A stretch of DNA of 46,158 nt, taken from the IMG/VR virus record IMGVR_UViG_3300042896_000947, positions 1 through 46,158 of that record. The stretch is one strand, 5' to 3'. The notes under the pieces were generated by a model, which was given only the letters and a program-made list of their open reading frames with translations, ran no database searches and had not been told where the DNA came from. This DNA is from a virus (lineage: Duplodnaviria; Heunggongvirae; Uroviricota; Caudoviricetes). A program made the translations under genes and the position numbers. Below are positions 16,564-25,026 of this stretch, piece after piece; position 1 is the stretch's first letter, and every line of letters starts with the position of its first letter.

Positions 16564-17368
16564 CGAAGTGTTCCTTTGCTGCCATGTTGTATGCTTTCGC
16601 TGCGTCCAGTTCTGCGCCATGCCGGCCCAGATACTTCCTCACCCCATTTACCCTGATATACGCACGCCAAAGGCCGCTTTCACTGTCAAAGCTGACGCCT
16701 TTAAAAAGAGAGGAGCCGCCGTGGTGCTTTTGATTGAATGCGTTTTGCTGAGGCGTAGCAATGCGCAGGTTCCGCCTCCGGTTATCAAGACCATTTCCAT
16801 CAATGTGGTCAACAACCATGCCGATTTCTGGTCGCATGACCAGTCCGTGCATAGTGACCCTGCTTCTGTTCTCGGTATCGTGCGTGCTCCATGCCTGCGC
16901 ATAAATACAGCCGCTTTTATTTCTAGACGTTAAGCACCAGTTGTAAGCTTTTACAGTCTCCCAGTCCGCCCAGTCGCAGATGGCAAAGCTCCCATTCCCA
17001 ACGTAGACTTCCGCGTGAGGCGGGTAGCCATCGGGCACTACCGCAGGCTGGGGCGCTGCGTAGAGTAAAAACCTCTCCACTACTTGACTCAGTGGCAAGT
17101 CGTTGGCGTCGTCTTCCATGCGCGCCACCATCCTGATAAGCCCGCCGTGGCCGTTCACATCAAACTCCTGCCAGTTGCCGTCCCGCTCCCCTTTTGCAAT
17201 GCGCAGTGCAGGCTCCTGCCCAGCTTGACGCTGCGCCTGGTCAGCGGCAAGATAGTCGTGCATCTGCTGGGCGCTGAAGGCGTCGTACCTGTACTGGTTC
17301 TCGCCCTTGTAGGCAACGCCGAAAGGTGTTGGCAGTGGCGGAAATTCAATCGTTTTCTCGGTGGTCAT
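16532..17368 (-). CDS. Accessory N-terminal module fused in frame to an HNH-AP2 homing endonuclease
   Basis: VVDHIDGNGLDNRRRNLRIATPQQNAFN (HNH) followed by GVSFDSESGLWRAYIRVNGVRKYLG...AAKAYNMAAKEHFGEYA (AP2); visibly lower GC. Confidence 0.85.
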   Translation of the reverse strand: MTTEKTIEFPPLPTPFGVAYKGENQYRYDAFSAQQMHDYLAADQAQRQAGQEPALRIAKGERDGNWQEFDVNGHGGLIRMVARMEDDANDLPLSQVVERFLLYAAPQPAVVPDGYPPHAEVYVGNGSFAICDWADWETVKAYNWCLTSRNKSGCIYAQAWSTHDTENRSRVTMHGLVMRPEIGMVVDHIDGNGLDNRRRNLRIATPQQNAFNQKHHGGSSLFKGVSFDSESGLWRAYIRVNGVRKYLGRHGAELDAAKAYNMAAKEHFGEYAKPNNVD

Positions 17369-17406
17369 CCATTTCTCCTATTTAACGTAATCGGGTTTGG
17401 CGAAGG

Positions 17407-17904
17407 TCAGGCCGTCCAGTTCGATATTTCCTCGTCAACGGCGTCGGACGGGCTTTCGTCGTCGTTGAAGCAGTCGTCTGCACTGTCAGCGGCGCTCAGA
17501 GCTTCGGCCTCAGTCATGCCAGCGCGCTCAACCATGATTGCCGCATAGGCTTTGTTCCATGCTTCGCGGGTCATCTTTGGTGGCTCAACCGGCTGCACCG
17601 CCTGGGCGATGACCTTGCGAAGCGTTTCAATTTCAGCGTCGAAGCGGTCATCAAGCCTTTTGGACTGATACCGCTCCATAGCGCTCAGCGCCTGTTGTCC
17701 AGCCTTGCGCAGCGCCGCAATCTCGGCGTCCCGGTGCGCCAGCTCACCTGCGATGGCGGACTTGCTGTGCAGCCCTTCGACGGTCATGCGGTCCAGGTGG
17801 CGCATGAAGTGCTCGCCCTGGCCTTCGTGGTCGCGTTCGGCATAGAGGTTGTCAGGTCCGGCTGTCTTGGCCGGCCTGAACCTCAGAGAACTGGCATGAC
17901 TCAT
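17407..17904 (-). CDS. Mosaic phage accessory protein
   Basis: RHLDRMTVEGLHSKSAIAGELAHRD segment recurrent in phage hypotheticals; RBS AAGGAG. Confidence 0.68.
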   Translation of the reverse strand: MSHASSLRFRPAKTAGPDNLYAERDHEGQGEHFMRHLDRMTVEGLHSKSAIAGELAHRDAEIAALRKAGQQALSAMERYQSKRLDDRFDAEIETLRKVIAQAVQPVEPPKMTREAWNKAYAAIMVERAGMTEAEALSAADSADDCFNDDESPSDAVDEEISNWTA

Positions 17905-17989
17905 GTTGCAACTCCTTAATTTCTAAAATCCCTTGGGAACCGGGCGCATACAACAATTGTCACGCCCGATGCTCGGCAGCAAGCGCAGG

Positions 17990-19387
17990 TTATGCAGCAT
18001 CCATGGCAGCTTCGCGCTGGTCGCGGATCTGCGTCAGGGTGTCGGCCGACCGCTTTTCAGGGCGGCGCTCCACGTACACCGGCAGGAACAGCGAGTGCAG
18101 GTCGTCGCCTTCGTCGTCGGGGTTGGCGATGTCGTTGGCCTTGACCGTGATGATGGAGTTCAGCCACAGTTCGGGGTTGTCACGGATCGCCTGGCGCAGC
18201 GCGTCGGTCAGGCCCGTGCCCACGCCCGTCTCCAGCTGCTGACACTCGCTGCGGCACTGCAGCGCGCCGATGGTCGCCTCGGTCTTGCTGCCCGGCTTGC
18301 CTGGGATGATGCCCACCACCCGGAGTTCGACCTCGAATGTCAGCTTGAGCTTGACCTGGTCCTTGCTGGTGTTGTCAGCCCACACGGCGTCGGGGTGCTT
18401 GCAGACCACGCCCTCCTTGCGTTTCTTGAGCAGTTCGCGGTAGTAGGCATACGCTTCGGACTTGGTCTTGACAATGCGGGTCGGGATTGAGCGAACGCTG
18501 GTGATGCCTGCGCGCTGGGCAGCAAGGCACTGACGCGCCAGGGCGACAAAGCGGGTCTTGTACGGGGTCAGGTACTTGCCCTTTGGCACGACCGCAGTCA
18601 GCGGGATTTGGTCCCACGCCTCAAACACGACGCGCTGGTTCGCTTCGAGCGCGCCGCCCGACAGGAGTGAGTTCATCACGCCGTTGCTCTCGGCGCGGGC
18701 GAGCAGCTCGCCGTTCTCAAACACCGTGAACTCGCCGTGCGTTTGGGTGCCGGGCGTGAGCGTTCGGCGCATGTCGTCCTCCAGCCCGAGACAACCGGCG
18801 GGAAAGGGCGAGCCGGCGCGGCTGGTGATCCACAGAAAGCCCTTGGCGTCCAGGTTGACGTTCGCGAACATGCCGTCGGCCTTTTCCTGCACGATGATGC
18901 CCACGCTCCAGTCCCACTTGGGCATGTTGGACTTGGCCGGCAGCGAGCAGCGCATGTACGGGAACTCGGCGATGGTGCCCTTGAAGGCGCGGTTGATCGT
19001 GCCTTCGGAAAAGCCCGCCCGCATGTCCTTGTTGATGATGCGGCGAAACACCTCGGCGCTCGGCTCGTCAAGCAAGTTGACCATGTTCTGCACCGTGTCG
19101 CGGGCCGAGTTGCCCGACAGGCTGCGGCTGGCCAGGTCGTCCAGCACCTTCCAGGCCAGCGGTTCTTCCAGCGTGTTGCCCCCGGGCGCAGAGCCGGGCG
19201 TCTTGCCCGGGGCGTTGGAGATGCCGTAGTTGCGAAACGGGTCGTAGGCGTAGGTGACCGCCTTCAGAAACAGCGTCGAGCTGGAGCCGGCCGCCTTGAG
19301 CAGCGCGTCCTTTTCCAGCTTGGAGGCGGTGGCCGCGATGGCGCTGATGGCCTTGAAGACGGAGCGTCCGGTGTTGAGGGTGAGCAT
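17990..19387 (-). CDS. ATP-dependent DNA ligase (phage type)
   Basis: Motif I QEKADG, THGEF, FEAWD, EGVVCK, VKLK and OB-fold VGTG...PVY. Confidence 0.93.
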   Translation of the reverse strand: MLTLNTGRSVFKAISAIAATASKLEKDALLKAAGSSSTLFLKAVTYAYDPFRNYGISNAPGKTPGSAPGGNTLEEPLAWKVLDDLASRSLSGNSARDTVQNMVNLLDEPSAEVFRRIINKDMRAGFSEGTINRAFKGTIAEFPYMRCSLPAKSNMPKWDWSVGIIVQEKADGMFANVNLDAKGFLWITSRAGSPFPAGCLGLEDDMRRTLTPGTQTHGEFTVFENGELLARAESNGVMNSLLSGGALEANQRVVFEAWDQIPLTAVVPKGKYLTPYKTRFVALARQCLAAQRAGITSVRSIPTRIVKTKSEAYAYYRELLKKRKEGVVCKHPDAVWADNTSKDQVKLKLTFEVELRVVGIIPGKPGSKTEATIGALQCRSECQQLETGVGTGLTDALRQAIRDNPELWLNSIITVKANDIANPDDEGDDLHSLFLPVYVERRPEKRSADTLTQIRDQREAAMDAA

Positions 19388-19396
19388 GGGTTTCTT

Positions 19397-20020
19397 TCAG
19401 GGGTTGGATTGACGTTCGGCGTGCAGGCGGCGGGCCATCTGCAGCGGGGATTCGCCGGCAAGTGCCGTCGGGATGGGGGCGCGCGGTGGCGGCGGTGCTG
19501 TGGGCGCGGCAGCAACTGCGGCGGCAGGGGTTACGGCAGGGGTTGCGGCAGCGGCGCTCAAAGCGTCGGCCAGGTCGCCCATGCTGCCCATTGCGTCGAG
19601 CATGGTTTTGGGCTTGACGGCGAGGGCCGGCGGCGCTGCGCTGCGGCGGGCGGCGGGTGCGGAACCGGCGTGGGGCATGGAGGTTGCCGCGCCCTTGGGC
19701 ATGATCCATTCGCGCGCGGCGATGGAGGCGGCGCTCAGCGCCTTGCGGCAGCGAAAGTAGATCGACTTGCCTGCCAGCTCTTCTTCCTTGCGCATGATCA
19801 GCGCGGTGCAGCGGCCTTCGTTGCGCGCTTCCTTGCACACGTTCCAGTCGGGCGGGGTGATGGTCTTGGGGTTGGCCAGCACGTTCTGGCGCCAGATGCA
19901 CGCGGCATAGTTCATGCTCTGGCCCGTGGGGGTGCAGGCCAGCGTGAAGCTGTTGCGCTTGCCGTCGGCCGAGTAGGTCAGCGGCTCCAGCGGGCCGTCG
20001 TTATCAACTAAGTCAGTCAT
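19397..20020 (-). CDS. Hypothetical protein with Cys-containing N-terminal domain and Pro/Ala tail
   Basis: Start moved to 20020 (RBS GGAG); the start codon lies inside an operator box. Confidence 0.68.
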   Translation of the reverse strand: MTDLVDNDGPLEPLTYSADGKRNSFTLACTPTGQSMNYAACIWRQNVLANPKTITPPDWNVCKEARNEGRCTALIMRKEEELAGKSIYFRCRKALSAASIAAREWIMPKGAATSMPHAGSAPAARRSAAPPALAVKPKTMLDAMGSMGDLADALSAAAATPAVTPAAAVAAAPTAPPPPRAPIPTALAGESPLQMARRLHAERQSNP

Positions 20021-20024
20021 GACT
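20011..20024. promoter_or_regulatory. Operator AGTCA-GTCA-TGACT covering the start codon at 20020
   Basis: Sequence read directly. Confidence 0.7.
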
Positions 20025-20054
20025 ATCTCCATAAAATCAAGGTTGCAAAGAAAT

Positions 20055-20501
20055 TCACCAGACGCCCCAGCTGGCAGGGCGCTCGGTGATCGCGGGTGCT
20101 GTTGTCTCAGCGATAACTTCATTGTCAGGGTCGTCGCTCGGATCGCGCTCGGCCCCCATCGACTCCCCGAACATTGCCACGTCAACTTCGTGCGCCAGGT
20201 CGGCGCCGAAGGTTTCGCGCCACCAAAATGCGTCGCTTGGCTCGTCGACGCGCACCGTGTCGCGTGTCACATAGCCGCGCACCTCCTTGGCCAAACGCTT
20301 GCTTTCGCCCATGGCGCCGCGCGAGACCTTGGTCTGCCCGCCGTTGACGGGCCGGGCAAAGGTGCTGGTCCGGTTGGTGATGCTGCCGTAGTGAACCAGC
20401 GTCACCGGCACGCCACCGCTTAGCGGTCTGAATTCAAAAATCTGGTAGAACTTGGTGCCGCCTGAGTGCGTCATCCAGGTTCGGTCAATGCGTACATTCA
20501 T
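20055..20501 (-). CDS. Hypothetical protein, possibly WGR-like
   Basis: GTKFYQI...VHYGSI...GGQTKV loosely resembles the WGR pattern. Confidence 0.5.
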   Translation of the reverse strand: MNVRIDRTWMTHSGGTKFYQIFEFRPLSGGVPVTLVHYGSITNRTSTFARPVNGGQTKVSRGAMGESKRLAKEVRGYVTRDTVRVDEPSDAFWWRETFGADLAHEVDVAMFGESMGAERDPSDDPDNEVIAETTAPAITERPASWGVW

Positions 20502-20543
20502 AAAAAATCCCTTATTGGGTTGATGCTCTTATTGTAGCTGTGC

Positions 20544-20557
20544 AGTCATGGATGACT
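20544..20557. promoter_or_regulatory. Operator AGTCA-TGGA-TGACT, 7 nt upstream of minus-strand TACAAT (20531-20536)
   Basis: Sequence read directly. Confidence 0.74.
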
Positions 20558-20563
20558 GACAGG

Positions 20564-21649
20564 CTACCCGCTGATCGCCCCGGCAGTGTGCAGCAGCCGG
20601 ATGGCCGACATGCGGTTGAGCAACGTGGCTTTGAAGATCGCCTGGCGCACCTGCCCGGGCGTGGCCTCGTTGGGGTCCAGGCCGTCTGGAAGCTGGGCCA
20701 CACGCACGGTGAAGCCGTAGCTTGCCAGCTGCAGGCCCATCTTGACCGAGTTGATCATGGCCTTGGCCTCGGCGTCCCACATCATCGTGATGGTTTTCAG
20801 GCCGCGCTCCTTCAGGCGCAGCAGCTTGGTAGTCTGCCCGTCCGGGCCGTCGGACAGGTGCATGCCGAAGGTGGCCAGCGCCAGCATGGCCGCGCAGCTG
20901 GCGTGCCCCTGCAGCGCCTGGTGGATGGCGATGGCGTCAAAGGCGCCTTCGCCGATGACGGCGTGGCTGTGGGTGCCGTCAGCGAAGTTCTGGCCGTTGT
21001 AGAGGTGGCTGCCCGAGACGGCGTAGCCGGTGGGGAACAGGTACTTGGGCAGGCGCTCGCCGGTCACGTCCCGGCCCTGAAACGACACCAGCACGCCAGC
21101 CAGATCGGCAATCGGGATGATAACCCGCTTGTCGTAGGAGACCCAGCGCTCGGCGCCGTCGACCGTGTAGCTCCACCAGCCGCCGTGGCAGTAGCTGAGC
21201 TGAAAATACTTGGCCGAGTCGGGCGTGATACCCCGGTCGGCCAGGTAGCGCAGGTGGCGGCCGTCGGACTCGGGGATGGGCCGGCACTTGCTGGGCATGG
21301 ACAGGGCGCTGCGGGTGATTTCGCGGCGCTCCTTCTTGGGCATCCAGCCCTGATCAGACGCGGTTGCCGTGATGTGCGCGTCCAGCTCGCGTCCGGACAG
21401 GCCGCTGACTTCGCGCACCAGCTTGAACTTGTTGAATTTGAAGTTGCAGGCGCCGTGAAAGCAATTGCCCAGCCCGGTCTCGGCGTTGATGTAGGTCTTG
21501 CGGCCCCCTTCGCCGCACGCCGGGCACTCCTGCAGGTTCAGCTGCAGCCCCCGGGTGCCATACGAATGCTGAAAGTCCACGCCGTTGGCGTCGAGGTACT
21601 GCTCCACGTCGATTTCGCCGAGGGCGCGGTCGAGTTCAGCCTTGTCCAT
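20564..21649 (-). CDS. DnaG-type DNA primase (Zn finger + TOPRIM)
   Basis: CPACG...GLGNCF, IGEGAFDA, MMWDAE, PDGLDPNE. Confidence 0.9.
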   Translation of the reverse strand: MDKAELDRALGEIDVEQYLDANGVDFQHSYGTRGLQLNLQECPACGEGGRKTYINAETGLGNCFHGACNFKFNKFKLVREVSGLSGRELDAHITATASDQGWMPKKERREITRSALSMPSKCRPIPESDGRHLRYLADRGITPDSAKYFQLSYCHGGWWSYTVDGAERWVSYDKRVIIPIADLAGVLVSFQGRDVTGERLPKYLFPTGYAVSGSHLYNGQNFADGTHSHAVIGEGAFDAIAIHQALQGHASCAAMLALATFGMHLSDGPDGQTTKLLRLKERGLKTITMMWDAEAKAMINSVKMGLQLASYGFTVRVAQLPDGLDPNEATPGQVRQAIFKATLLNRMSAIRLLHTAGAISG

Positions 21650-22148
21650 GTCTGGGCTCCACGGTTTGTGCCGCGGCGCGCAGCGCCAGGATGTCGGCCT
21701 TAAACTTGTCGAATGCTTCTTTCTTCATGGGTGGGGCGGTTGACTTGACCTCGATCAGCATCTGGCAATACGCCTCATAATTGAAGTCGGCAGCGACGGC
21801 ATCAAGCAGCGGGTTGGAATAGCCGCGGCGCTTGGCGTTGTCCTTCTGCAGGTTGATGACCTCTTCCTGTGACCGCTCAAGGCGACGACGCAGGTTCAGT
21901 TCGGCCTGCCGCACGGGCAGGTGAATCTTGCCGACCTGAAAGGTCTTGTCGCAGCGCTCGCAGTCGGCGTGCAGCGTGGCATGCTCGATGTCCAGGCCGT
22001 CAATGGCGGCAAAGTGAACTTTCAGGTAGTGGGTGCCGTACTGACTGCCGTACCCGGGCGGCACCTTGTGGCCCAGCAGTTTGCAAAAGAGGCTCATAAA
22101 TTCGCTTTCGTAAATGCCCGGTTGATCGGGCGACAAATCAATTGTCAA
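21636..22148 (-). CDS. Hypothetical protein (probable start MSLFCKLLGH at 22097)
   Basis: CKLLGH...CERC Zn-ribbon-like pattern; overlaps the primase start. Confidence 0.6.
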   Translation of the reverse strand: MTIDLSPDQPGIYESEFMSLFCKLLGHKVPPGYGSQYGTHYLKVHFAAIDGLDIEHATLHADCERCDKTFQVGKIHLPVRQAELNLRRRLERSQEEVINLQKDNAKRRGYSNPLLDAVAADFNYEAYCQMLIEVKSTAPPMKKEAFDKFKADILALRAAAQTVEPRHGQG

Positions 22149-22168
22149 AGCCCACCCTCGGCGGGCTT
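22148..22168 (-). terminator. Hairpin, possible weak terminator
   Basis: AAGCCCGCC-gag-GGUGGGCUU (one G-U pair) with only a short U tail. Confidence 0.4.
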
Positions 22169-22202
22169 GGGAAAATGCTAGGCTAGGGTATGACAGCCTA
22201 GC

Positions 22203-22355
22203 CTAGTCTCCGATGCTTTTGATGTCGTCGGCCAGGTCTTTGACCACTTCAGCCAGCGGCTCGACGGCCTTGGCGGCCAGGTCGACCGCCACTTCGATCG
22301 GCGCCAGCACGATGTCGGCGACGCTGCCGACCAGTTTGAGAAGGCTGCCGAACAT
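22203..22355 (-). CDS. Small hypothetical protein (50 aa)
   Basis: Manual translation MFGSLLKLVGSVADIVLAPIEVAVDLAAKAVEPLAEVVKDLADDIKSIGD; TGATG overlap with the helicase stop. Confidence 0.62.
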   Translation of the reverse strand: MFGSLLKLVGSVADIVLAPIEVAVDLAAKAVEPLAEVVKDLADDIKSIGD

Positions 22356-23710
22356 CAGTCTTCCCCCAAGATGCCGGTGAGAAACTTCGCCTGGTCGATC
22401 TTTTGCGTGATGCGCAGGCTAAAGCCCGAGCGCTGGTTGCGACAGGCCGCGAAGAACAGCCGGGCCTGGCCCATCTTTTCCTCCTCGGGCGTCTTGTTGA
22501 TGGAGATCACCACGTCGGCAATGCGAATCTTGTTGAAGTCCTCGGCCACGTCGGTAGCGGTGGCCACCGCCTTCTTGGCACCCTCGCGGTTGGTCTGCGT
22601 GGCCGTGAGCATCGCAAAGCCCTCCTGCATGGCCAGGCCGCGCAGATTGACATAGACGCTTTTCGAGTTCTCCTGCACGTTGTCGGTCGCCTTCTCCGGC
22701 GCCATCAAGTCGGCATAGTCCACCAGAATCAGGTCGAACACGATGCCTTGGGCCTTGTAGTGTTCGATCAGCCGGCGCAGGTCGCTCGGGCGCATGGAGC
22801 CGGTGGGGTACTCGTGGATGATGAACGGGGCGGCCTTGGCCATAAAGGCGTCGACCTTTTCCTGCACATCAAACATGTGGGTGCCCAGCTCGGACATGGC
22901 GCGCTCAGCGACATTGGCGTCGATGCGCTCGGCGATGATGTCCGAGGACACCTCCAGCGTCACGTAGAGCGTCCGGTAGCCTTGGGCGATGGCGTTGACG
23001 CCAAAGCTGATCAAGGCCATCGACTTGCCCGACTTGGCCGCGCCCATCAAGACAGCGAGTTCCTTGCGGCCCCAGCCTTGGTGGTACAGGCAGTCGTCAA
23101 GCACCTTGAAGCCCGTGCTGATGCCGGTGGGCGGGCGAATGCCGGCGGCGCGGTCTTTGCGGGCCTGGGTGCGGGCCACGGCCATCTCAGCGTAGTTGTA
23201 CGCCCCGCCGCTCACGCTGATGCCCGTGTCCAGCGCCTTGCGCATCTTCGAGCCGATCGCGTCGAAGTCGCGTTTGTCCACCAGCTCGACCGAGTCCAGG
23301 ATGGCCTTTGCCACGGCCTGATGGCGCGAGAAGGTGGCACACTGGTCGGCCACATAGTCGCGGTCGGCCACGTCGGTGGCAAACAGCACCGCCACCTGCG
23401 AGATCGCCAGGCGGGCCAGCTCCACCGGGATGGTCTTGGCACGAATGGCGTCCTTGAGCAGTGCGGCGAGCACCACCTTGTCAGCGGGCGCCTTCTTGTA
23501 GCGGGCGTAGTAGTCGGTGGCGACCTTCACCAAGGTGGCAAAGGCGGCGTTTTCAAAGAACTCGGGGCGGATCAGGCCGTCCGTGAGCTGGGCAAACTGC
23601 GTGTCGCGCAGTGTGAGTGCGGCGATCTTTTGCTGAAAGTCAGCGTCGAATTCGTAGCGCGGCGTGGCCTCGTCAACTTCGGGCAGCAGCCCGGCGGTCG
23701 TGGTCGTCAT
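22355..23710 (-). CDS. DnaB/gp41-family replicative helicase
   Basis: Walker A GAAKSGKS, YVTLEVS, ILVDYADLM, TATQTNR, AEDFNKIRIAD, ACRNQ. Confidence 0.92.
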   Translation of the reverse strand: MTTTTAGLLPEVDEATPRYEFDADFQQKIAALTLRDTQFAQLTDGLIRPEFFENAAFATLVKVATDYYARYKKAPADKVVLAALLKDAIRAKTIPVELARLAISQVAVLFATDVADRDYVADQCATFSRHQAVAKAILDSVELVDKRDFDAIGSKMRKALDTGISVSGGAYNYAEMAVARTQARKDRAAGIRPPTGISTGFKVLDDCLYHQGWGRKELAVLMGAAKSGKSMALISFGVNAIAQGYRTLYVTLEVSSDIIAERIDANVAERAMSELGTHMFDVQEKVDAFMAKAAPFIIHEYPTGSMRPSDLRRLIEHYKAQGIVFDLILVDYADLMAPEKATDNVQENSKSVYVNLRGLAMQEGFAMLTATQTNREGAKKAVATATDVAEDFNKIRIADVVISINKTPEEEKMGQARLFFAACRNQRSGFSLRITQKIDQAKFLTGILGED

Positions 23711-23718
23711 GCTGGGCC

Positions 23719-24120
23719 TCAGTTCGTGTAAGCGGGACGTGCCGGGCGGGCGATTAAGATGCCTTCGATGGCGTGCTTGTAGAAGATTTCATCCTGGCCG
23801 GCGGCATCACCCGTGCTGTGACGCAGCGTGATGGTGTACTTGTCGCGCTTGACGACGGTGCCGGCGAAAGTGTTGCCGTTCATCGTCGTCAGGGTGGTGG
23901 CGAGGTTGCCGTACTGGGCTTCCTGCAGCTGGGCATCGTGGCCCTTGGCGACGAACTTGCGTGGCCCGCCCTCGTTCTGGTTCTGGTTGAATGGGCGCGG
24001 GGTGTACGGGCGGGGGCCGGCGGCGCGCTCGGGGCCGTAGCTTGGGTTGCCACCGAGGTCTTGGGCCGGAGCGGCAAAGCGAACATCGCGGTTCAGGTGG
24101 GTGACGTTGGCTTGGTTCAT
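23719..24120 (-). CDS. hfq: Hfq-like Sm-fold RNA-binding protein
   Basis: HDAQL...MNGNTFAGTVVKRDKYTITL...EIFYKHAIEGI aligns to Hfq Sm1 ([20 protein letters not shown]) and Sm2 (MVYKHAISTV). Confidence 0.78.
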   Translation of the reverse strand: MNQANVTHLNRDVRFAAPAQDLGGNPSYGPERAAGPRPYTPRPFNQNQNEGGPRKFVAKGHDAQLQEAQYGNLATTLTTMNGNTFAGTVVKRDKYTITLRHSTGDAAGQDEIFYKHAIEGILIARPARPAYTN

Positions 24121-24185
24121 AAGAGGCTCCAGAGGTAAAGAAAGAAAAACAGGGGTCGGTGCCCCGTGTGGTCATTATAGGTTGC

Positions 24186-24199
24186 AGTCAGTCATGACT
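24186..24199. promoter_or_regulatory. Operator AGTCA-GTCA-TGACT, 6 nt upstream of minus-strand TATAAT (24174-24179)
   Basis: Sequence read directly; positioned to control the hfq-helicase-primase operon. Confidence 0.75.
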
Positions 24200-24890
24200 T
24201 ACCATCCAAGCGAGCGGCAGCAGCAACTGCCGCGCTGATCTGCGTCTCCTCGAAGTGGCCCTCCACCAGGGCCGGGCTCAGCACGTCCTCGCGAAACATG
24301 CGGGCCAGCAAGTTGTGGTGGGGCAGCGCGCGGCGCTTGATCTGCGCCATGACAAAGGCGGCGTGGCGCTGCTGCACCAGTGAGCCGCGAAAGGCAGAGG
24401 CCAGGAACGAGGCGCTCCGGGAGTAGCGCAGGCTGCGCCCCAGGCTTTCCTGCCAGGCGGCGGTCAGGTCAATCTCGAACTCCTCGCCATAGAGCTGGTT
24501 GGGCCTGGCGAAGTGGCGAAACAGGCGGTTCAGGGCGCGCTGCTCGGCAAACTGCAGGGCAAACTCATAGGGCATCCCGAGGGCGTCAGCGGCCCGGCGG
24601 GCGAGCCACATGCCCGTCATGTCGCGTGACATGAAGATGTCGTCAGGAACGAATGCGCGGGCATCGGCTGCGGTGCGTATGTCTATATAAGACTCTGCAA
24701 AACTCAGCGTCTGCTGCTTGTAGAGATCGGCGTAGAGGTAGGTTGCCTGCGCGGGGTGCAGGGCCGAGTAGTCGAACCAGCGGCTCTGAATCAAGCCCGC
24801 CTCGTCCTCGCGGTGCAGCGCATCGACTTTCATGGCGCGCAGCTCGTACTCCCGGGGTGTCATGCCGCTGCCGTAGTAGGTGGTGTCCAT
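24192..24890 (-). CDS. Conserved-looking hypothetical protein upstream of the helicase operon
   Basis: Long ORF with GC3-rich codons; function not recognisable. Confidence 0.72.
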   Translation of the reverse strand: MDTTYYGSGMTPREYELRAMKVDALHREDEAGLIQSRWFDYSALHPAQATYLYADLYKQQTLSFAESYIDIRTAADARAFVPDDIFMSRDMTGMWLARRAADALGMPYEFALQFAEQRALNRLFRHFARPNQLYGEEFEIDLTAAWQESLGRSLRYSRSASFLASAFRGSLVQQRHAAFVMAQIKRRALPHHNLLARMFREDVLSPALVEGHFEETQISAAVAAAARLDGKS

Positions 24891-24914
24891 CCGATTTTCC
24901 CCAAATGATCATGT

Positions 24915-24928
24915 GGTCACTATTGACC
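24915..24928. promoter_or_regulatory. Operator variant GGTCA-CTAT-TGACC
   Basis: Perfect palindrome with the same N4 spacing, upstream of the 232-aa gene. Confidence 0.62.
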
Positions 24929-25026
24929 ATTGATATATGGGTTTTATTGTAGAAATTGCTTATATAGGGAAAACAGAAAAATGCTAACAACCGCCGCAGG
25001 GCACTCCCGGAAGGAATCCAGACGTG

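Noticed and set aside
11549-16697. Weak intragenic GTCA-N4-TGAC matches at 11549, 15622 and 16684 (and a 3-nt-spacer variant at 37506)
   Set aside because: They lack the flanking A/T pair, have no nearby -10 box, and an 8-bp match is expected occasionally by chance; not counted as operators.
16522-17026. Self-splicing intron or intein explaining the HNH-AP2 insertion
   Set aside because: The insert is almost entirely ORF, has its own stop codon, and shows no intein Cys/His-Asn termini or space for a ribozyme core.
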